Virus record (IMG/VR): IMGVR_UViG_3300046820_000903
Span: 1-64,000 of that record
From: a virus
Length of the DNA stretch: 64,000 bases
Direction: 5' to 3' (one strand)
How positions within the stretch are numbered: position 1 is the stretch's first letter; every line of letters starts with the position of its first letter. Shown here one piece after another: positions 57,419 to 64,000 of the stretch. The notes below the pieces were generated by a model, which worked only from the letters and a program-made list of their open reading frames with translations, was not told the origin of the DNA and searched no databases. The translations under genes were made by a program, and so were the position numbers.

Positions 57419-60049
57419 TTACTTTCGGGCTAAAAAGCCCTGAGAGTTACGCTTGTATCCTTCTGGGATTAGCTTTACTTGTTTATCCAACATACAGAAG
57501 TATTCGTTTTCCTTTAATTGTGCAGATGCGTTTACAAGTGCTTGATCAAAGTTTTCATTCTTTTGTTTGTTGTGAATAGTCCACATTGTGGCATACGCAC
57601 GTTCTGGATTGTCTTTATACTGCTTTAGTAATTTCTTTTCTAAGTCTTGATCAAAGCCAGGAGGTGCGCTTTCTTTAACTTTTTTGTTGTCCTTCTTTTC
57701 AGGACGCTTGCCACCAGTTTCTTTTTCTAGACGTTGTAGTAATTCTTCATCACTGCCGCCACCCAGCTTGTCAAATGCTTTTTTAGCGCCTGCTTTGATA
57801 GTGTCAATAATACCTTCATTTACAGCAGGAGCCATTGACCTACGGCTTTCAGCCACTTGTTTGATTACAGCTTTAGCGGCTTGTGCTTGTTCTGGAGGTA
57901 ACGTAGCAATTTTAGACTGTGTATATTGTTCTACTTTGTCATCGCCGCCTAGTTTCTCAGAGGCCATGTCCCATAGTTTTTCTACACCCTTCATGCCTAA
58001 CTTTGCCGCACTATAAGCGCCATAAGCGGCCATTGGGATACCAAGTAATGGGCCTAAGATACCAACAATAGCTGGAGCACCTGCTGCCGCAACAACACCT
58101 AATCCAAGACCGCCGGCAAACTTAGCCAATGCAGGAGCGTCTTCTTCTACACCACGTTCGCCAGGAACGCTGCCACGAAAGTTCTTTTGCTTGTCTAGTA
58201 CAGCTCGCATCTTGGTCATAATACGATCAAATGCACGAGCATCTGTTAAAGCACGTAAGAACTCTTCTTGACGGCCAGCTTTCATAAAAGACTTATAACG
58301 TCCGCCAACAAAGCGAGCTTCTGGATATTCTAATGTAATTGGCTCACCACCAACCATGATTTCAGCATCTTGCCCTTGTTCAACGGCTTTTAAAATGCTT
58401 AGTATGTTCTTACGGCCTTGTTCCGATTCCATATTTGCTTCCTTAATTTTTGTTACGTTTTCAACCTTAGGATCTATGCCTTGTTCTTTTTGGCTTAGCA
58501 AATAGTCCCAAACACTTGTTGTCATCATTTCTGCTTTGGCAATTTTTTCTTGCGCCCATTCTGGCAAGTTATCGTTGTCGCCAATTGTGTCCATTAGGCC
58601 GTTGACCGCTCGAGCCATGGTACGCAGATTGCTTTTGGCCATACCTGCTTCGTCATCGTATTCAGGATTACTGGCTTCAGTCATACTTTCACCCATGCCA
58701 GCTAGATTCTGTTCTACTTGTTTAACCCATCCTGACACATCACTGCTACCGATTTCTTCTACATCGCCTACAAAGTCAGCAACTTCATCCACTGCCGCTC
58801 CTACCTTTTCTGGGCCGTGTTTGGCCAATAGGTCTGTGCGTTGCATTAGAATACGACGAATAATGGCCTGTGCTACTGGTGAGTCTTCATCACCAGGATT
58901 GTCCATCATGCCTTCCGCCACACCTTGTTCTAAGCTTTCGACAATTACGCCTAAGCCTTTATTACCTGTGCCTTCTTTATTTGGACCAAGAATTTGAGTG
59001 ACTCTGACTTTTTTACCGTCATGGGGACCACCGTTTACTGTAATTATATTACCTACTTGTCTATTAGGCTTAAGGTTAAGTTTAATCTCTTGCGGTGCAG
59101 AATTTTGTGGTTGTGCTGATTGTTGCGGAGGCTGTTCTTGCTTTTGTGCAGGTTTGCTACCCTTCTTCCACTCGTATACCTCGTCATTCAATGAAGCTCT
59201 ATATGCTAATACAAATTGTTTTTCTGACCCCGACCTGTAAACAAAGTTGTCAATTTTAGATATTTTAACTGCTTCTTTGGTTGCATTGTCAATTGCTTGT
59301 TTTGCATTATAGCAGTCAGTTAATTCACAATACTTTGTAACCAAATCATACACATTAGTTGCCATGTACTCCATTGGAGAAATACTATCTCCGGTAGAAA
59401 TTTCTATGTCGGCGGACCTAAGTCTAATTTTTAATCCGCCAGTGGCATCTGTTAGCGCCTTACCAGCATAATTAGCCCAGTAACCTGGCCCTTTAGCTTG
59501 TGCCAATGTTGGTAAACCTGCGCCAGCTACAGCGGCAGCTCCGGCACCCAAGCCTTTTAAGAATCCTCTACGGTCGATTTCTTCTAAACTGCCTTCCGCC
59601 ACACCTTCAGCAGGCTTGTCTTTCCAAGGCTTCCACATACCGTGCTTGTGATTATCTACAATGTATAGTGTATGTGTGACAGAGCCGTCTTCATTCTTAG
59701 ATTTTTCTACATCAACAACTTTTTTAGCACCCCATTCGTTCTTGTCAAACATGTATTCTTCATGGTCAGCAGTTGCTTCGTCTTGTGCCTGGATAACGTA
59801 TAACTTGTTATACTCTTTACCGTTAGGAGCAGATCCTTCTTGGTCAACATACTTTACAGCACGTTTCTGTGTGAATGCTTTGTGTTGAGCTTGACGTTGT
59901 TGACTAATAGCATCTTCGTCATCTGCGGCCTGTTGAGCAGGGCTAGGACGTGGCTCGCTGGGAACTCGAGCCTTAGGTTTAGCATTTAGCGCCGCATAAT
60001 AATCGACGTCGCTGTCAAAGTTGCGTGGATCTACTTCGTTGATTTTCAT
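57419..60049 (-). CDS. Large acidic modular protein, probable virion-internal polyprotein
   Basis: Starts MKINE; many hydrophobic-x-E junctions (GVAEG x2, MTEA, IKEA, VEED, VNEG, VKES); contains an internal Tat-like signal and a hydrophobic segment. Confidence 0.7.
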   Translation of the reverse strand: MKINEVDPRNFDSDVDYYAALNAKPKARVPSEPRPSPAQQAADDEDAISQQRQAQHKAFTQKRAVKYVDQEGSAPNGKEYNKLYVIQAQDEATADHEEYMFDKNEWGAKKVVDVEKSKNEDGSVTHTLYIVDNHKHGMWKPWKDKPAEGVAEGSLEEIDRRGFLKGLGAGAAAVAGAGLPTLAQAKGPGYWANYAGKALTDATGGLKIRLRSADIEISTGDSISPMEYMATNVYDLVTKYCELTDCYNAKQAIDNATKEAVKISKIDNFVYRSGSEKQFVLAYRASLNDEVYEWKKGSKPAQKQEQPPQQSAQPQNSAPQEIKLNLKPNRQVGNIITVNGGPHDGKKVRVTQILGPNKEGTGNKGLGVIVESLEQGVAEGMMDNPGDEDSPVAQAIIRRILMQRTDLLAKHGPEKVGAAVDEVADFVGDVEEIGSSDVSGWVKQVEQNLAGMGESMTEASNPEYDDEAGMAKSNLRTMARAVNGLMDTIGDNDNLPEWAQEKIAKAEMMTTSVWDYLLSQKEQGIDPKVENVTKIKEANMESEQGRKNILSILKAVEQGQDAEIMVGGEPITLEYPEARFVGGRYKSFMKAGRQEEFLRALTDARAFDRIMTKMRAVLDKQKNFRGSVPGERGVEEDAPALAKFAGGLGLGVVAAAGAPAIVGILGPLLGIPMAAYGAYSAAKLGMKGVEKLWDMASEKLGGDDKVEQYTQSKIATLPPEQAQAAKAVIKQVAESRRSMAPAVNEGIIDTIKAGAKKAFDKLGGGSDEELLQRLEKETGGKRPEKKDNKKVKESAPPGFDQDLEKKLLKQYKDNPERAYATMWTIHNKQKNENFDQALVNASAQLKENEYFCMLDKQVKLIPEGYKRNSQGFLARK
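58909..59607. repeat. Perfect 18-bp direct repeat TGCCTTCCGCCACACCTT (58909-58926 and 59590-59607) encoding GVAEG
   Basis: Both copies read directly; spacing 681 bp = 227 codons, so in frame. Confidence 0.9.
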
Positions 60050-62163
60050 TTTCTTAATACACTTTTCATAAACTGTGTGGCCATTGCTTGCGCTTCGCTA
60101 ACTGGCTTCATGTGAGTACTTAGCCCGATACTTTCTTGGGCTGGTTGCTTACTAATATCATGGAATCCAAAGCGGTCTACCATTAGGTATGTACTGCCCA
60201 CTTTCATAATATCGCCAACGCTCATGCTGGTGTGTCCTGTGTTGCTTTGATTGATTAGATCACGTGCTTCTCCACGTGGACTCCAGTTTTCACCTTGCAT
60301 CATTGAAAACACTTTGTCTGGATTAGTTTCACGTAGTGTACCAATTTGTACATGTGTTTGTTCCAGTGTTTCTGGTGTGGGCATTTGACCCTTCTTGGTC
60401 AACCAGTTGGCACCCATCATCATGTCACGGCCTGCTTCATCGTTCCAGTACCAAACTTCTGTGCTGCCTTCTGGGTAAGCATCAGACAAGCTGGAGTATT
60501 GTGTAGCCGCAGGTCCTGCTTCTGTTTGTAATTCACGCTCGCCAAAGTAGTTTAACATTTGACGGAAGCCTTCGCCATCGTTTAGTGTTTGTTGCATTAT
60601 GGCCTTGCTTTCTGGCTTTAACTGATCAAACTTGCTTAGGATCTTGTTGGCTGTTTTAGCACTGATAGTAATGCTACTACCGTCGGCCAAGGTCATTGGC
60701 TGTGGCTTATCGTAGTCAGCTTGACGACGAATCTGCATGATAATGTTCTTGTCTGCTGATGCTTGATCAGCTGGTGTAGCTTCATCTTCTTCAGCTTCGG
60801 TTACCGGTGCCATACCGCCTACTTCACGATCTAGTTTGTCAGCAATCCATTGTACTGGATCACCTTCACGTGCTTTGGCAACACCATAAGGCATTTCACC
60901 ACTGTTTAAATAATAATCAAATAAGGCTTCGTAAAATTCTGGATTATCATCAATTTCGCCGCCAGCTTTAAATTGTTTAAATGAATCTGCAAATTGATCT
61001 AAAATACTTTCTAATTCCGGATCAACAATTAGGCCTTCATTTAAATCAATTCCTAAATCTTCAGCAAATAATTCACCAATTTCGTTGTCATCATCTGCGT
61101 CACGTTGTGCTTTATAACTTAGACGATCATAGTAGTGAAAGTGTAGATCTGTTTCTAAAGCTTGACTTAGTTCGCCGCCGGCTTTAAAGTGCTCTACAGC
61201 TTCTTCATTGTTGGCAATGATTCTGGCCAACTGTGGATCCATACGGTATTCAGCTTCTTTAACTTCGATGCCAGCTTGACGTAAAACAGCAATGTTGTCA
61301 TCGCCCAATTCTTCTTCGTCATCTAATTCCAATTGACCGTTCTTGTTAAACGTTACATTGGTTGTACCGCCTGTTTTGTCAAACTGTGGCTTAGGCGCAG
61401 AACTGGTAGCGTTGCCCATGTTGGGAGTATTGCCGCCTGCACGACTTGGAATAGTGCCTGTAGTACCAATTGTACCAAAGCCTTCGCTTACGCTTTCATT
61501 TTGTATGCCTGTTGTATGTGGGTGACGTACATAATAAGCTTGACCGCTTGCACTGATATAGTGTGGTAGTCGTTGTCCGTCACCGTCCATAAACTCTAAG
61601 TCACGTGCGCTAATGCGTGTAATACGGTTGTCCATGTCATAAAGAATTAGAAACTTGCCGTTTTGGCTCATACGTGCTTGGTCATATACCTTCATACTAC
61701 GTCCGTCGGCTGGTAAACCATATTGCTGGCGAGTATCTTGTCTAACACGATCTGTTTCTGCACGACGAATTTCATTTTGACGAGCATTATAAATTCTACG
61801 CTGTGTTTCACGTTCTGCTTCACGTTGACGAACTAGTTCTTTATAGTTAGGGCTAAAAATATCTGCCATGTGACGACCAACGCTGTATTCTGTGCCAGGA
61901 TGACGATTCTGTCCTGGCGTACCTGTATTCTGAGCATGTGCCCCGCTCATTGCAACACCAGCGGCCATTGCTGCCGGAATAATCTTTCTGGCAACATGTT
62001 GTAGGATGTCTTTACCAGCTTCGCTTAGGTCACCTTCAACAACAACAATGGTGTCAAACGGGTCTTTAAACTGCTTGACCTGCTGAAGCACAATGCCTTC
62101 ATGTAGACGACTGCTAATTTGCTTAACAACACGACCTTCACGGACTAATTGAATACGAATCAT
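60046..62163 (-). CDS. Large acidic modular protein, probable virion-internal polyprotein
   Basis: Junctions LSEA, VSEG, VKEA, LNEG, VTEA; internal signal-peptide-like segment; C-terminal GHTSMSVGDI (YodL-like). Confidence 0.7.
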   Translation of the reverse strand: MIRIQLVREGRVVKQISSRLHEGIVLQQVKQFKDPFDTIVVVEGDLSEAGKDILQHVARKIIPAAMAAGVAMSGAHAQNTGTPGQNRHPGTEYSVGRHMADIFSPNYKELVRQREAERETQRRIYNARQNEIRRAETDRVRQDTRQQYGLPADGRSMKVYDQARMSQNGKFLILYDMDNRITRISARDLEFMDGDGQRLPHYISASGQAYYVRHPHTTGIQNESVSEGFGTIGTTGTIPSRAGGNTPNMGNATSSAPKPQFDKTGGTTNVTFNKNGQLELDDEEELGDDNIAVLRQAGIEVKEAEYRMDPQLARIIANNEEAVEHFKAGGELSQALETDLHFHYYDRLSYKAQRDADDDNEIGELFAEDLGIDLNEGLIVDPELESILDQFADSFKQFKAGGEIDDNPEFYEALFDYYLNSGEMPYGVAKAREGDPVQWIADKLDREVGGMAPVTEAEEDEATPADQASADKNIIMQIRRQADYDKPQPMTLADGSSITISAKTANKILSKFDQLKPESKAIMQQTLNDGEGFRQMLNYFGERELQTEAGPAATQYSSLSDAYPEGSTEVWYWNDEAGRDMMMGANWLTKKGQMPTPETLEQTHVQIGTLRETNPDKVFSMMQGENWSPRGEARDLINQSNTGHTSMSVGDIMKVGSTYLMVDRFGFHDISKQPAQESIGLSTHMKPVSEAQAMATQFMKSVLRK

Positions 62164-62164
62164 T

Positions 62165-64000
62165 TTATTTTACCTTTTTCCAATCTATGCTAGGCACAGT
62201 ACTGTTTTTATTAACGAAATCTGGCTCTTTGCTTTTGCTACCTGTTAACTCTACAGGCTCCTTGCCTGTGATAGCTTTAACAGCGTCTCTGATCATTTTA
62301 TTTTCTTCATCTGTATAAGCATAGGCAAACGGACCAGCATTTGGTCCCAGCACTACTTTGTCACCGCCGCGGTTACCAGCCACGTGAATAGCATAACGAT
62401 AAAAGCCATAACCAGGATCAGTGTTTAAATGGAACATTCCTTTAATAATACTGGCCTGCTCTGGATTCATTTTATCTTCTTTAAGATAATGGTGAATACC
62501 TTCTACAATACGTTGTGCTTGCTTTACACGATGCGTATACAATTCCAATGTCGTCATACGCTGTGAGCACTCACGCATGAAGTTAGACTCTTCATCTGTA
62601 ATACCACGCGATCCACGACCACCTTTACTGCGAATACGCTTTAATTCATTGTATGCCGCAACAATAGTATTTAATGTATTTGTCAACTGCTTGATGTTCT
62701 CAGCGGCACGACGGAAGCTGCCACCGTGTTCTACTTTAAGGTCTGCGGCCATTGCGTCTGCTTCGCGGCGTGCTTTATCACGTAACCCGCCTAGAGTATA
62801 ACGACCTGCGCCACCCAATACTAACACTTCTGTGTCTGTCATTGGTTTATCTCGATCCAAGCGATAGATAACATTTTTATGATCTAATACATGTGCTTCT
62901 TTTGCAATCTTTGTATTACGGCGATTATTCATCCACTCTTTATATTGACCAAATTCATGTGGACTTAATGAAACATTATTTTTCACTTTCCAAACAATTC
63001 GCTGAATTGTTTCTGGAATATCTTTATCAATTTTACTGAAATAATCACGCATGGTAGTAAGTTTAGTTGGATCTTTTGCATCCGTATTACCTGCAAAATA
63101 ATCACGCATGGTAGCTAAACTAGATTCAAATACACCTTGCCCAATGTAAGCAGGACCTGGAGTGTACTTTTGTCCCACTGCGGCACGTGCGGCTCTACGC
63201 CTGGCTCGACGACTACGACCACGTGTCATTGGATAAGCCACTACAGCAATGTCTGCACTTGTTGTGGCACCCGGAGACGCACCACCTTCGTCTTCCATGA
63301 CATTGCCTTCTGCTAGACCATGCTTCTTCATCAAACTATAAATCTGACTGCCTGGCTTGACTGGTTGTCCAGATTTTAAAAACGCATCAATCATGCCCAA
63401 TTCTTGTTGCTTGCGTTGTGCAGACGTATCAACAGCAGGTGTTGCATTAGTGTTGCTATCGTCGTCACTGATGTCGTTGGGCTCATAATACCAGCCCATG
63501 CCCGGATCATCACTGCCAGTTTTTGCTGGATTATCAAACTTGAAATAGGCAATTTGTGTTTTGCCCCAGTAGCCTTTGAATTCGCCAGTGGCATCATTCA
63601 TGTCTTCTCGATCAAAATGATCTGCTTCAAATCGACCAAAGAAATCTATACTACGACGATATGACTCTGGCTTGGGATACTTGTAAGGATCTTCTCCATT
63701 GTCATCATCTCTGCCGTGCCCATTTGAAAATTCTTCTAAGTCTTTTTTGGCAAAGTTATCATTGTGGAAACTACCAACAATGTACCATTTTAAATCATGA
63801 TCAACATCATTGTGTTCTACGCCTATTACGTTGACATTGTAACCTCGATCGTCAAACCAACTGTTGGCATAACCCACTAGATTTTGTTTGGCTTTTTCGC
63901 CACGTGTATCAATGTTAAATCCATCGTTGCTGACATCAAATTCTTCAAACCAATCATCACCAATGATATCAGCAAGCTCGTCATCTGAGTACCAACGTCC
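62165..64000 (-). CDS. Large acidic modular protein (5'-truncated by window)
   Basis: The frame stays open from 63877 to the window edge (GRWYSDDELADII...); junctions LEEF, GLAEG, VMED, VFES, LKED. Confidence 0.75.
   Translation of the reverse strand, partial: GRWYSDDELADIIGDDWFEEFDVSNDGFNIDTRGEKAKQNLVGYANSWFDDRGYNVNVIGVEHNDVDHDLKWYIVGSFHNDNFAKKDLEEFSNGHGRDDDNGEDPYKYPKPESYRRSIDFFGRFEADHFDREDMNDATGEFKGYWGKTQIAYFKFDNPAKTGSDDPGMGWYYEPNDISDDDSNTNATPAVDTSAQRKQQELGMIDAFLKSGQPVKPGSQIYSLMKKHGLAEGNVMEDEGGASPGATTSADIAVVAYPMTRGRSRRARRRAARAAVGQKYTPGPAYIGQGVFESSLATMRDYFAGNTDAKDPTKLTTMRDYFSKIDKDIPETIQRIVWKVKNNVSLSPHEFGQYKEWMNNRRNTKIAKEAHVLDHKNVIYRLDRDKPMTDTEVLVLGGAGRYTLGGLRDKARREADAMAADLKVEHGGSFRRAAENIKQLTNTLNTIVAAYNELKRIRSKGGRGSRGITDEESNFMRECSQRMTTLELYTHRVKQAQRIVEGIHHYLKEDKMNPEQASIIKGMFHLNTDPGYGFYRYAIHVAGNRGGDKVVLGPNAGPFAYAYTDEENKMIRDAVKAITGKEPVELTGSKSKEPDFVNKNSTVPSIDWKKVK
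63039..63114. repeat. 19-bp direct repeat AAATAATCACGCATGGTAG encoding TMRDYF twice
   Basis: Copies at 63039-63057 and 63096-63114, 57 bp apart. Confidence 0.8.

Noticed and set aside
1-64000. Stop-codon reassignment
   Set aside because: Recognisable genes (polB, thyX, folE, galE, queE) are full length under the standard code and coding density is high.

Overview
A 64-kb segment of a large lytic tailed (jumbo or T4-like, Caudoviricetes) phage genome: AT-rich, gene-dense, standard genetic code. No tRNA, rRNA, CRISPR array or integrase was seen. Layout: (1) 1-12.4 kb, + strand: the end of a Gly-Tyr-repeat protein, a glycosyltransferase cluster, a methyltransferase, 2OG-Fe(II)-type oxygenases, GNATs, a PP-loop ATPase, a fatty-acid desaturase and thyX. 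(2) 12.4-46 kb, mostly - strand: a MoxR AAA/VWA pair, a 5'-3' exonuclease, auxiliary metabolic genes, a 7-deazaguanine DNA-modification set (folE, queE, a DpdL-type QueD paralog, TGT/DpdA) interleaved with a glycosyltransferase, galE and a cytidylyltransferase, then a putative sliding clamp, a family B DNA polymerase and a tandem array of eight small paralogous ORFs. (3) 46-57 kb: a sugar/methyl/radical-SAM modification island and a GH19 endolysin. (4) 57-64 kb: large acidic modular proteins, probably virion-internal. Most interesting: an in-frame cassette bounded by a perfect 18-bp direct repeat (GVAEG) that begins with a cryptic twin-arginine signal peptide; the deazaguanine locus coupled to glycosylation genes; the small-paralog array; and a TAARTA-N5-ATG leaderless promoter architecture. 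All calls come from reading motifs by eye; no database searches were run.
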